A stretch of 64,000 nt of DNA from Candidatus Obscuribacterales bacterium (GCA_965228855.1 CBDDIJ010000003.1:3232001-3296000), one strand, 5' to 3'. Counted from the first letter of the stretch, positions 1-9,679 are shown. Notes: generated by a model not told the origin, from the letters alone. Numbers and translations are program-made.

Positions 1-85
1 CAAATGTTTCTTTGTCATACGGCGGCTCTTCCTCAAGGTACCGCAGGAAGTCCGCTTTTCTTTTTTCTAGTTCTTCTTTGTTCAT
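1..85 (-). CDS. Small protein, 5' part only (MNKEELEKRKADFLRYLEEEPPYDKETF...); putative immunity protein for the ATLF-like toxin
   Basis: Its ATG (83-85) directly abuts the TAA (86-88) of the 682-aa gene, and the frame stays open to the window edge. It is not in the ORF track. Confidence 0.6.
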   Translation of the reverse strand, partial: MNKEELEKRKADFLRYLEEEPPYDKETF

Positions 86-2134
86 TTACAGTAGCCTCGT
101 TCTTGCATATTGCAAGCAGTTTGGAAACCATCGTTTCATCGTCTGAGAATATGGGTTATTGGACTCTAAGCACGTCGCATGCGCGTACATGTCGGCAAAC
201 ACTTCATCGCGTGCTTCAAGAACGGTTTTATGGCTTGGAGACAGTTTAAGTGTTTCAAGAACATCCGCCGGAATGCTTTTGATGTCGTGCTTAAAAGCTG
301 CCCGGAATTTTGGCGTTTCAGATATAGGATCTCCGAACGGATGAGCCTTGAAGTTATGCGCATGCCCAAATTCATGCCGGAAAGCAAACTCAAGATCGTA
401 GTTATGAACGAAACTCCCAAGCTTTGGAACCTCCTCAGCAACGTAGATTGTATTTTCGGAAGCATCATAGCAAGCAGCCAAATCCTGCCTCGTTGGAAAC
501 CGATCAGCCATACGCCTGATCGGCTTTATCGCTACATTATGCTCGGCAAGAAAATTTCTCTCCCCCTCGGAAAGCCGGTCGACTACTAGTTTAAGCTGGG
601 CCATAAATCGTTCAGAGGCTACGAAATTCTCAGGAGTGGCCCCCCTCTCCTGCCTACCCTCTGGCGGTCTTCCTTTGGTATCACCAAGATCATCGGCCTT
701 TGACATGAGGTAGTTATCACGCCCTTTTCGCGGAGTTGGAATCCTCTGACCATCCGGTGTTACCGCCGTAGGCTGTGGCGTTATTTCATCTAGCAATCCA
801 GAAATGAATTTGCCAACTTTCTTCTTCGACTTACCACCAAGCTCATTGGCTGCCGCTCCAAGCTCCTCCAGGACACCGGTTATCTTCTCGCTTTTTGCTA
901 ATTTCGCTATTCCAAAACCCGCAGCTAGACCACCTAGAAACTCGGTTGATAGTTTCGCTGCCAACCTTGACTGCTCCGCTGGAGTCATTGCATTCCAGCG
1001 CTGGTCTATCTGTTCGCCTAGCCAGGAAATGTCTTTGAACGGTTTGGAATAGTCTCCGGTTGCTCCAATGTCGCCCAGATAAGCCTCTGATACTTGCCAT
1101 AGTCGCACGCCGCCAACAAGTGTCTTCCCTATCGCCTCTCCTGCTTTGCCTGCCTTCTCAATGGCGGTGGGGTCATTCAGCATTACTTCTTGGCTAAATT
1201 GCCATATTTCTCCGAGCGTCTTTGCTGCTTCTTCGGCGCCCTTAGCCAGACTTACAGCACCATCCCCTACGCCAGCAATTGTGCCCACCATTATTTGAAA
1301 CTGCTGGCGACTCATCTCTTGCTGATAGGCAAGGATTCCTGCTCCTATTACTTGCGCTTGCTTGTCGATTGGTAAAGCTGCAATCCGCTCAATGCTGCTG
1401 GTTTCTTCCTGTTCTGTATCAATGTTCTCAGCTGCATTTACTTTCAAGAGCCACCCGTCAGCCGTCTTCTCAGCCGTGTTTGGCGGAAGTCCGGCTACCA
1501 TTTCCGGTGTTATCGCCGGATGTGTCCCGCCTTGAAACTGCTCGTATCGAGCGCGCATTTCAGGTGATTGCTCGGCTGCCAGCTTGCGCGAAAGAGCGGT
1601 CCATTTCTCCTGTTCGGCGCCTTTAGGGAGCTGATCGGCATACTTCCTCAGGTTTGCCACAGGCTCCATGGCTGGATTATGGCTAGCCTCAATAGCCATC
1701 ATTGTTGCTGACTGGGAAATCTCCTCGTGTTTTGCTTGTTGCTCAGCCCTTATTTTTGTTTCTGCTTCGGGCGTCATGGCAGGTATCATGCGGGTAGGGT
1801 GAGAATCTAGGCTGATGTTCCTTTTAATGTCCTTTTCCCGCGTCGTGCTCGTCTTGTCGATTGTTTCTTCTTTGCCGGTTTGTGGGTTAATGGCAATCAG
1901 CAGTTCCATGCTGCGCTTATCCGGGCTGTCCACGAATCCGTCTTTGTAGGCAAGCTCGGTCATGCCCTTTGTTATGATTGGATTTTGCCCCAGAGCGTCG
2001 TCCATTTGCTCTTTGGAGGCATTGCGAACGGTAGAGGCATCAGGCGGCTTCTCCAGGCGGTCGTTTGCCTTCTGCCCGCCCTCTTTTACGTGCTCGGATG
2101 GTTTCACTTTGTCTGACACGCCCAAAGGCCTCAA
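86..2134 (-). CDS. Putative polymorphic toxin with C-terminal anthrax-lethal-factor-like (ATLF) zinc metallopeptidase
   Basis: The C-terminus has YDASENTIYVAE..RHEFGHAH..ISETPKFRAAFKHD..RDEVFADMYA..WFPNC, giving HExxH plus a downstream E ligand in the ATLF pattern. The centre has Gly/Ala-rich hydrophobic helices and an AVTPDG linker. No signal peptide; the start codon is uncertain. Confidence 0.7.
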   Translation of the reverse strand: MRPLGVSDKVKPSEHVKEGGQKANDRLEKPPDASTVRNASKEQMDDALGQNPIITKGMTELAYKDGFVDSPDKRSMELLIAINPQTGKEETIDKTSTTREKDIKRNISLDSHPTRMIPAMTPEAETKIRAEQQAKHEEISQSATMMAIEASHNPAMEPVANLRKYADQLPKGAEQEKWTALSRKLAAEQSPEMRARYEQFQGGTHPAITPEMVAGLPPNTAEKTADGWLLKVNAAENIDTEQEETSSIERIAALPIDKQAQVIGAGILAYQQEMSRQQFQIMVGTIAGVGDGAVSLAKGAEEAAKTLGEIWQFSQEVMLNDPTAIEKAGKAGEAIGKTLVGGVRLWQVSEAYLGDIGATGDYSKPFKDISWLGEQIDQRWNAMTPAEQSRLAAKLSTEFLGGLAAGFGIAKLAKSEKITGVLEELGAAANELGGKSKKKVGKFISGLLDEITPQPTAVTPDGQRIPTPRKGRDNYLMSKADDLGDTKGRPPEGRQERGATPENFVASERFMAQLKLVVDRLSEGERNFLAEHNVAIKPIRRMADRFPTRQDLAACYDASENTIYVAEEVPKLGSFVHNYDLEFAFRHEFGHAHNFKAHPFGDPISETPKFRAAFKHDIKSIPADVLETLKLSPSHKTVLEARDEVFADMYAHATCLESNNPYSQTMKRWFPNCLQYARTRLL

Positions 2135-2287
2135 ACGGACGTCACGTTACCAGTATAAACGCTAGAAAACACCAAACGCCGTTACATGCGCCGCATTACA
2201 TTGGCTACCAATAACCAAGGCTCCGAACCCTCTGCTACCTAGATTGTTTTTTCTGTGGGATCAGAACAAGCTGTTCGGTGTTCCGAA

Positions 2288-2644
2288 TTAGGAAATATGT
2301 CTGAAATCCTTCGTCTCAATCTCAACACGCCCATCTCGATAACGATTGAGAGTACAAACCCTACACGGTGCAAGATCTGGAAATTGTTCTTTTATCTTGC
2401 CTAGAATTTCCTGATAATCAGGATTGTCGGTGTTGTACTCACGCTGGTACTGCCCGTTTACGCAGTTGACGATCGTTTGGTCAGAACGCATGCTCATCGT
2501 TTCCCAATAAATCGGATGTTCCTTGGGTTTTGAGTCCCGATATTCCAGTACAACTTCACCGCGAAAAGCCTTCGCAACGTGCGATTCGTCGTTGGGTCCG
2601 AAGAGTTCGTCAGGATTCAATTTCTTCTCGTCGTCAGTGTTCAA
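2288..2644 (-). CDS. Hypothetical 118-aa acidic protein; putative immunity partner of the orphan ATLF fragment
   Basis: ATGA overlap with the stop codon of the upstream fragment indicates translational coupling. Confidence 0.55.
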   Translation of the reverse strand: MNTDDEKKLNPDELFGPNDESHVAKAFRGEVVLEYRDSKPKEHPIYWETMSMRSDQTIVNCVNGQYQREYNTDNPDYQEILGKIKEQFPDLAPCRVCTLNRYRDGRVEIETKDFRHIS

Positions 2645-2946
2645 TGTTGATTCTCCAGACCAAGTAACTTGCTCACGTTTGGATGAGTTCTTATAATCAA
2701 GTCCTCTAGATGCGGAAACGGCGATCCTCCCATTTTGATCGCCATGATTTGAGCGAAGACCTCCGAGGGGGACATGTCTGAGTCGATAAGCTTAAGCTCC
2801 GTCAACATTTGAATTTCGCCTATCTTCAGTTTGTTTGAAAACAGCAACTCCTCTTGCCATTCCTTATCGGCTTTCATTAACTCCATGAAAATGTTGCTGT
2901 CCGAATACCTTTTGCCGTCATAGCCAATCAGTACTTCTGCCGAGCG
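2641..2946 (-). pseudogene. Orphan C-terminal fragment of an ATLF-like metallopeptidase, lacking HExxH
   Basis: The frame is open from 2946: ..GYDGKRYSDSNIFMELMKAD..SPSEVFAQIMA..LIIRTHPNVSKLL. This aligns by eye with ..GDPISETPKFRAAFKHD..RDEVFADMYA..MKRWFPNCLQY of 86..2134. Confidence 0.6.
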
Positions 2947-2960
2947 TTATCTTCAGCTAT
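2935..2960. repeat. Repeat A, copy 1 (26 bp)
   Basis: ttctgccgagcgttatcttcagctat, one mismatch to 8389-8414. Confidence 0.9.
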
Positions 2961-3012
2961 GTACCGGTAAAAAGTCTTCCAGCGCTTCGTAGGCAAAGGT
3001 GATGCGATTCAC
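2935..3012 (-). pseudogene. ParE/RelE-family toxin remnant (frameshifted, truncated)
   Basis: A GTG at 3012 overlaps the antitoxin TGA. It reads MNRITFAYEALEDF, then after a frameshift YRYIAEDNA, resembling the ParE N-terminal A..DL..I..YIA.DN motif. Confidence 0.55.
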
Positions 3013-3248
3013 TTCTTATTTTTTCTCTCTAAGATCTCGCGTCTTGTTGCGTCAAGGCGGGCCTACACTTCTTCAAGTGTATGAACTCTTCCTTCAGCCA
3101 CCGATTTCTCTGCATCGCCTATAGCCCGACGCAACCACTGTAACTTTAATTCCTCAACCACGCAGTCCTGCTCCTCTGGAGTGAGCTGACTGACCAGGGC
3201 CAAAACTTGGTCCAGGGTAGCCTTTTCATCAGGTTTTTGTTGAGCCAT
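3009..3248 (-). pseudogene. Antitoxin-like small protein with a premature TAG at 3063-3065
   Basis: Reads MAQQKPDEKATLDQVLALVSQLTPEEQ..AEKSVAEGRVHTLEEV*ARLDATRREILERKNKK*. The read-through frame ends in a GTGA overlap with the ParE-like start. The GRV..LEEV motif is typical of ParD-like antitoxins; RBS GAGG upstream. Confidence 0.55.
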
Positions 3249-3658
3249 GAATTATTTACCTCAACGACAATTATAGCCTGCCCAATTCAAAAAACGGCTC
3301 AAGTGTCAAAACTCCTGCTCTTTAGCCATCTTCTCCAGTGGTACCACTGACTCACTTTGCCACTAACTTTTGACCACGTTGGAAAGAAAGGTGAGACTCG
3401 TCCTTTCAACACCATATATGGTGCTTTCTCAAACCTAACCAATGTGCTCGCCAATCACTAGTCGACTGAAGAGCTGTATCAGGTTTTCGATCTGTCTGCC
3501 ACCATTCCTGGTGCTGTTCCAAACCCAATAAAGGTTACTCAAGATACACCGACATCATAACTTCAAGCGCCGCATATCGATCATCCGGTCAAGACAATAC
3601 GTTTTACGATTCCCCAATAATGTATGATAAATTCGATGGACCATGCGGAGAAGCGGCA

Positions 3659-4773
3659 GTGAGAGCCTGGCAAAAGATTACTGGAATTGCCGTAGGTGCC
3701 ATTGTAGGGACTCTCCTTGTGAGAAAAGCCTCAGGGTTGGCCGTAAAGTATCTTGAGAAAGAAATCGCCTCACAGAAGAAACGTACCGCTGAATCATTTG
3801 CCAGAGTTGCACCAACTATATTCTTTACTCAGGGATTTGACCTGGAGGAGGACAAGGTTCTTCATACCGAGCAAATGCTTATCGAAGCTCCAAAGAACAT
3901 GAGGGCGCGCTGCCTTCTGCTCGGATTTTATAGTAGAGCGGGTCGCGGCACGAGTGAGAGGAAAAAGTTCCAAGAGCACGCACTTTGGGTAATTGAAAAC
4001 TATCCACACACATCAATGGCTAGAGAATGCAACCTGCATCCGTGGAACGATACTGATGAGGTCTATCAAAAAGGAAACAAATCTGGCTTAACCACTGCGA
4101 AACTCGTAAAACCAACGGTCCCATTCTGATGAATGCCGCACGTTATCTACTGTTGGAAGACAGATCGATTGCTGAAGGGCTACTACTCCGGGGTAAACGA
4201 CTGGAACCCAACAATGCCGAATGGTCGGACATGCTAGCCCACCTATATGAATTGGGAGTCGATGAGATTGATGAGTCTCAATGCGCAACTCTGGCGATTG
4301 CTGAGAGAAAACGTGTTTATCAACTCGCCAAGAAAGACTATAAACTGTTCGATCCCAAAACGCTAAAGCCTTTGCCAGAACTTGCCTTCGAGGCTGAACA
4401 GCTTGACGACGCGCGCAAGGATTCTAGAATGTTGCTCCTTACGTCTCCGCTTTGTCTCACGAAGAGTGCTATTAGTGAATGCAAGCACGAAGCACATACA
4501 ATCTTAGGTAGAGTCGCGCTGAAAAATGGCGACATTAAACAAGCAAAAATTCATTTGGCGAAATCAGCAAGCGTTTCTGGTTCTGCAGTGCTCAGCTCGT
4601 TCGGACCAAACATGGAGCTTGCGCAGGAATTGTTAGATCGAAAAGAAATCGAGTCTGTGCTTCACTATTTGGAGCGTTGTGAACTGTTCTGGTCTAGTGG
4701 AAAGGACAGAATAACCAAGTGGCGTTCAGAAATCGAAGCCGGCGGCACTCCGAAAGACTGGAAACGTTATTGA
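3659..4773 (+). pseudogene. TPR-like protein, paralog of 8497..9615, split by a 1-nt frameshift at ~4075-4077
   Basis: GTG start (MRAWQKITG vs MKAWLKITG) with GGAG upstream. Restoring one A gives YQKGKQIWLNHC..ILMNAARY, matching the paralog's YEKGKQLWLRHC..ILNNAARY. Both share the SFGPN.LA.ELL motif. Confidence 0.8.
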
Positions 4774-4823
4774 CAGATATGGCACCAAGTCATTTCCGAC
4801 CGGTTTCTCGCGGCCCACTCACT

Positions 4824-5555
4824 TTATCTTGATTGCTGTTTCTCTTTTACCAGGTCGTAGTATTGCGCCTTGGCTGCCGGTTTCCTGTTGTACGGAGGCC
4901 ATTTCGTGCCTGAAGCAAAGTCATATTCAAAAATAGTTGTGGAGCCTGTTCCGACACTGCCTGAAGCGGCAAATAGCACAGACATAAGAGCGCCGCCCGG
5001 TTGGTGGTTTGAGAGACCAGGCAAGTCTGTAGGCGGCGTATGGACATCAACCCGCCCGAGGTTGTCCGGTTGTCCGTCCTTGTTAATGTCGATGAATGAT
5101 ACTCGTAGGTAGGGTCTGTTGTTGTCCGGCTCGGATTTGCTCAAGCTAAGCTGACTAGCCTTATGGAGAAGGTCTCGCCCCTGCTCCGGTGGCATACGGA
5201 AGGCGAGATTCATTAGTGCCCTTGTAGCTATTTCATTGCCGGAGTGATCTTGCGGCCTTAGAAGTTCCGCAAATTTTTCAGCTTTCGTTGCCGGGTAGGA
5301 ATCTGGAAGAGCTGATTTTAGAAGGACGGTCCCATGCCATCCGGCTGTTTCAACTGTAGTGCCCTTAGAGGAAAACGAGGATTTGATGTCAATCTTGTTT
5401 TTTGACTCGTTCTTCTCCATATCGTTAACCAGCGCTCTGAAATCTTTGGGACTGAGGTCCATGTAAGCTTCTGCTAGAGTGGTTCTTGCGCGCTGCGTGT
5501 CGTTCTGCGCAATTTCGCTTGAAATTTGCGCAGCATGAGATTGTACGTCCGCCAT
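4824..5555 (-). CDS. Hypothetical protein (243 aa)
   Basis: ATG with GGGGGAG RBS; DINKDGQPD is an EF-hand-like loop; no signal peptide. Confidence 0.7.
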   Translation of the reverse strand: MADVQSHAAQISSEIAQNDTQRARTTLAEAYMDLSPKDFRALVNDMEKNESKNKIDIKSSFSSKGTTVETAGWHGTVLLKSALPDSYPATKAEKFAELLRPQDHSGNEIATRALMNLAFRMPPEQGRDLLHKASQLSLSKSEPDNNRPYLRVSFIDINKDGQPDNLGRVDVHTPPTDLPGLSNHQPGGALMSVLFAASGSVGTGSTTIFEYDFASGTKWPPYNRKPAAKAQYYDLVKEKQQSR

Positions 5556-5971
5556 AAACCAACTCCCCCGGTAAAACCGCCATATGTAAAGGCAATCAAA
5601 ATGATTGCTCAGTGAATTCTCACTGTAATTAATAAGTGTGACGATCGTGTACCCTGCCGCCTACCAATGTTTGGCGCTATCGATTGAGGCACTGAAATTG
5701 CAATTGCGCAGTTCACCACAGACGGTGTCGTAACCGTTTCAAATTAATGACGTGAATATGGCGAGCTCAGGCTCAGTGTTTTTCGAGAATCGAACCGCAA
5801 AACATGAATCGGCGGAGGCATATTCTCCCTCATTTGCCTATTTAGTCTGTCGGACGCCTGATGGCGGACAATTTAAATGAACTCGCCAATTTAACTTGGC
5901 CGTGATCACCGCACTGTGATCCAAGCATCATGGTCTAGCAATGTTGTCGTCGTCTTTCTAGATTCCGCCAC

Positions 5972-6029
5972 CGTCAGATGACCTTGCGAAATCGCTGGCG
6001 TTGTCCGGATAATTCCGGCTGAAACTGAT
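5972..6029. repeat. Repeat B, copy 1 (~58 bp)
   Basis: First 45 bp identical to 9622-9666 (cgtcagatgaccttgcgaaatcgctggcgttgtccggataattcc), followed by a ctgaaact match. Confidence 0.95.
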
Positions 6030-6097
6030 CGTTCCATCAGTTCAAAGTATAAAATGACATTTGAACAAGACATATAAAGTCTTAAAAGAACATCGCG

Positions 6098-6150
6098 GTA
6101 TTGTTGAGTTTGGAACCTAATTTTGCTTGACTCGTGTGCTCGGAATTTTC
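6098..6150. repeat. Repeat C, copy 1 (~50 bp)
   Basis: Core tttgcttgactcgtgtgctc (6122-6141) is identical to 11238-11257; flanks are similar. Confidence 0.9.
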
Positions 6151-6594
6151 GGGGCGAAGTACACCACGCCGAGCGGCATGAGCTCCGGGGACTATTCGCC
6201 GTCGTCATCCATCGAAATTAAAATACGGAGGTCAAGCACACGCATGGAGTGAGTACGTACCGGCTGCGGCTTATTGTCAGTCTCTTCGCGCCTTCCGAAA
6301 AATCCTCGCCGAATTTCCAGCGTCGGGGCTCAGCTCGTCCATCGCGGCATCAGCAAAGCGAAGGTCACGATATAATTGAGTGGTTGTCGACCAGGTAACT
6401 GAGGAAACGAAGGGCGAATGTATTGCACTTAAACCTGACCGCCACTTATCTCTGTTCCGTCCCGAGCATAGATAGCAAAAGTTTTTTTGCCGGAAGACCG
6501 TGATGGCGGACTATATTGAAAGCACCCGTCTTCTGATGCCAGTGACCACCCGAATTCCGTATAACGCACGCTCTCTCAAGCAGAGGCACGCTTT

Positions 6595-8379
6595 GTGAGA
6601 TCTGAGATCACGATTATTGCAGTTTGGTCAATCGCGCTACTTTCATTGTTATCGCGTTGTCCGGCTGTACAAGCCGAAAACAATTTCCCTAAAGTTCAAT
6701 CTGGCGAATTGTTCATGGAAGAGGTCGTTTCCACGCCGGAAAGTGAGCGGAAGTCCTGGGAAATTTTGTATGCTGCCTATAGCTGTGTCTACCATCATCA
6801 ATATGCACTTGCCGAGCGGTGGCTCTTGTATGGGCAAGTAAAAGCAGGTGATGAGTTATTGAGAGCGCGCGAAGACCCTACATATCTTGCCAAAGCACTA
6901 AACAGCATCGCTAGCAGTCGTAAGCAAGCTGCGGTGTCGGAATCGTCGTGCGAACTGCTAGTGCTGCGTTCCCTAATACAAAACAGGCTTGGTGACCGAA
7001 AAGAAGCTCTCGAAATGATGAAGAGGGCGGTGCTGAATAATCCAAACCACCCTGCTGTTCAGAAATTGAACATCAAAATCAAGACGATGGAGCTCGAACT
7101 ATCCGATAGTCCATGGATAGTGCCACCAGATGTGGTGCAAACAGGAGGTAAGAAAAATCAGCTTTCGAAGTGGAGGATGGACAAGTTTCCGCTCAAAGTG
7201 TTCGTTCCAACAGACACGGCGATGTTGAAGGTGGCCGGATACAGGACCGGTGATGGCCAGTTGTTGCGCTCGGCTTTTGAAACATGGCAAAGGCAAAGTG
7301 GTGGCAAGATGCGATTCGTATTTGAGCCTGTGGAAACGAAAGCTGACATCCTCTGTACATGGGTGAGCGATCAAAAGGTTCTCGAGATTGCTGATGCAGT
7401 GGGGGTTTGCTCAAGGCAGGCAAATCAAAACAACTACCTCACTCAAGCGCGAATCAAGATTCTCACTTTTACTGTCAATGGACCTGTTTCGCCAAGTCTT
7501 GGCAATGAATTTCGCAAGAAGTTCCTCCAGGAGGTCTGCCTCCACGAGATTGGTCACAGTCTAGGATTGAATCATAGTTCGAACGAAAAAGACATTATGT
7601 GGCCTGTCGCGCACTGGCAACCCGTAATTGCTTTAACGAATGGTGATGTCGCGGCAATGGCTTCTCTTTATTTGTCAAATGTTCATGATGACATCAGCGC
7701 TGTTCTTGATGCCGTTCAAAGCGGCAACTACAAAGCAGCGATTGCACCGCTCAATAAAGCCGTCTCGATGAATTCAAAAGACAGTCAAACCCGCGATACG
7801 ATCTGCTTTTGTTTGGTGACAACGGCTAGAGCTTCGATGCGCCGAAACGATTACAGTACGGCAATAGACCTGCTCACCAAGGCAAAGGCCCTTGCATCTG
7901 CAAGTGAATCTACAAACACAAAACAACTGGTCTTGAAGAATCTTGAGTATGCTTATTTGCAGTCTGGCAACTTGAAAGGTGCTGAGGACCTCGAACAGCA
8001 AAATCCCCAGCTGAAGACAGACAACCAAAACAGCGCCTCGTTCCTAGATCAATATGGGCTCAAGACAGAATCGATACCGTATTACGAAAGGGCTCTTGCA
8101 GCCGCTCCTGATGATATAGCCATTCGTGAAAAATTCTGCTTTCTGCTTGTGACGCTGGCGAAAGACGAGATAAGCGCAAACAATGAGACGAACGCAATTA
8201 CGCTTTTGACGCGGGCAAAAAGCATGCTCTCAAGCAAAACTTCCAGTCAAACTATACGCAAGGTGTTTGACACATTGCGGTATGCATATCAAAGAACCGA
8301 ACAGTACGATCAGCTTGATGACAGTTCGCGAGAGATGAATGCGTTGCTCCGACAACAAGAGTCGAGTAAATCGGAATAA
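6595..8379 (+). CDS. Secreted matrixin-family (M10) zinc metalloprotease with TPR repeats
   Basis: Signal peptide; HEIGHSLGLNH with Met-turn DIMWP; WRMDKFPLKVF matrixin start; TPR-like helices on both sides. Confidence 0.9.
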   Translation: MRSEITIIAVWSIALLSLLSRCPAVQAENNFPKVQSGELFMEEVVSTPESERKSWEILYAAYSCVYHHQYALAERWLLYGQVKAGDELLRAREDPTYLAKALNSIASSRKQAAVSESSCELLVLRSLIQNRLGDRKEALEMMKRAVLNNPNHPAVQKLNIKIKTMELELSDSPWIVPPDVVQTGGKKNQLSKWRMDKFPLKVFVPTDTAMLKVAGYRTGDGQLLRSAFETWQRQSGGKMRFVFEPVETKADILCTWVSDQKVLEIADAVGVCSRQANQNNYLTQARIKILTFTVNGPVSPSLGNEFRKKFLQEVCLHEIGHSLGLNHSSNEKDIMWPVAHWQPVIALTNGDVAAMASLYLSNVHDDISAVLDAVQSGNYKAAIAPLNKAVSMNSKDSQTRDTICFCLVTTARASMRRNDYSTAIDLLTKAKALASASESTNTKQLVLKNLEYAYLQSGNLKGAEDLEQQNPQLKTDNQNSASFLDQYGLKTESIPYYERALAAAPDDIAIREKFCFLLVTLAKDEISANNETNAITLLTRAKSMLSSKTSSQTIRKVFDTLRYAYQRTEQYDQLDDSSREMNALLRQQESSKSE

Positions 8380-8388
8380 GCTCGAACT

Positions 8389-8414
8389 TTCTGTCGAGCG
8401 TTATCTTCAGCTAT
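8389..8414. repeat. Repeat A, copy 2
   Basis: ttctgtcgagcgttatcttcagctat, overlapping the hairpin gctcga-actttctg-tcgagc just after the matrixin stop. Confidence 0.9.
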
Positions 8415-8496
8415 CACACCTACTCGGAGATTCGCCTCGACTCTCCCGTCGCAAACTTACTGTAAGATAAAATCGGAGAGGCTATGGAGCTGACTT

Positions 8497-9615
8497 TTGA
8501 AAGCCTGGCTAAAAATTACTGGAATAGTTGTAGGCGCCGGTCTTGGCACCCTCCTGCTGAAGAAAGGCGCAGGTCTGGCAGTAAAGTATCTAGAGCGAAA
8601 GATCGAACTCCAAAAGAGACTAAACGCAGAGAAACTAGCAGAGTTGGCTCCCTCGCTCACAATCGTCAACGGAAGGAATCTGACTGCGGATAAGGTTCTG
8701 GAAAACGAGAAGATAATCGAAGAGAACCCGGAGAATCTCAAGGCGCGTTGCCTCTTGCTTGGATTCTATGGACGACACAAGCAAAACACAATTGAGAAAG
8801 ATAAATACCAAGAGCATGCACTTTGGGTTATAGAACATTGTCCAGAAAGCCCAGTGGCAAGAGAGTGCGAACTCAATCCTTTATTTTTCGACACCGATGA
8901 AGCCTATGAGAAGGGAAAGCAACTTTGGCTTCGGCACTGTGATGACCCCAGTGCCAATCCTAGGATTTTGAACAACGCTGCTAGATATTTTCTTTCGAGT
9001 GATCGTTCGATTGCCAAAACTTTATTGCTCCGCGGTAAGTCACTTCAACCTGAGAATGCCGAATGGTCCGATCGGTTGGCTCACTTGTATGATCTTGGTC
9101 TTGACGGGTTCAATGAGACAGAATGCGCGATGATAGCTTTCACCGAAAAGCAGAGGGCGTACCAGCTCAGACGGTCTGCGATCCCTTTCTTCAGGATTGA
9201 GCCGCCGACAGATCTGCCTACGCTCGCTCTTAAAGCCGGGCGGATCAAGGATGCTATTAGATATTCGAAATTGCTTCTTCGCGCAGTACCACGACTTCGA
9301 CGTGACGCAGGGTTAGCCAGCGAATGCACACACGAAGCCCATACAGTCTTGGGTCGAATTGCGCTTATAAAAGGCGATGTTCGACTAGCGAAGTCGCATC
9401 TACAACATTCGTCTAACATCGATTGGTCTCCAGTGTTGAACTCATTTGGACCGAACTTGGACCTTGCAAAAGAACTACTAGAAAGGAAAGAAATCGAGTC
9501 GGTACTTCGTTACCTGGATCGCTGCGAAGAGTTCTTGAAAAACGAAGAAAAGATTCCGAAGTGGCGATCAGAAATCACCGCAGGAATCATTCCGTTCGAC
9601 TGGCGAGGTGACTAA
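8497..9615 (+). CDS. TPR-like protein with N-terminal membrane anchor (intact paralog)
   Basis: TTG start with GGAG upstream; hydrophobic N-terminus; HEAHTVLGRIAL..SFGPNLDLAKELL helical repeats. Confidence 0.8.
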   Translation: MKAWLKITGIVVGAGLGTLLLKKGAGLAVKYLERKIELQKRLNAEKLAELAPSLTIVNGRNLTADKVLENEKIIEENPENLKARCLLLGFYGRHKQNTIEKDKYQEHALWVIEHCPESPVARECELNPLFFDTDEAYEKGKQLWLRHCDDPSANPRILNNAARYFLSSDRSIAKTLLLRGKSLQPENAEWSDRLAHLYDLGLDGFNETECAMIAFTEKQRAYQLRRSAIPFFRIEPPTDLPTLALKAGRIKDAIRYSKLLLRAVPRLRRDAGLASECTHEAHTVLGRIALIKGDVRLAKSHLQHSSNIDWSPVLNSFGPNLDLAKELLERKEIESVLRYLDRCEEFLKNEEKIPKWRSEITAGIIPFDWRGD

Positions 9616-9621
9616 ACGATT

Positions 9622-9679
9622 CGTCAGATGACCTTGCGAAATCGCTGGCGTTGTCCGGATAATTCCAACTGAAACTAAT
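9622..9679. repeat. Repeat B, copy 2
   Basis: Starts 6 bp after the TPR gene stop; matches 5972-6029. Confidence 0.95.

Noticed and set aside
5906..6208. 100-aa minus-strand ORF across repeats B and C
   Set aside because: No protein-like features, and it crosses repeats that are separated by a gene in the second copy.
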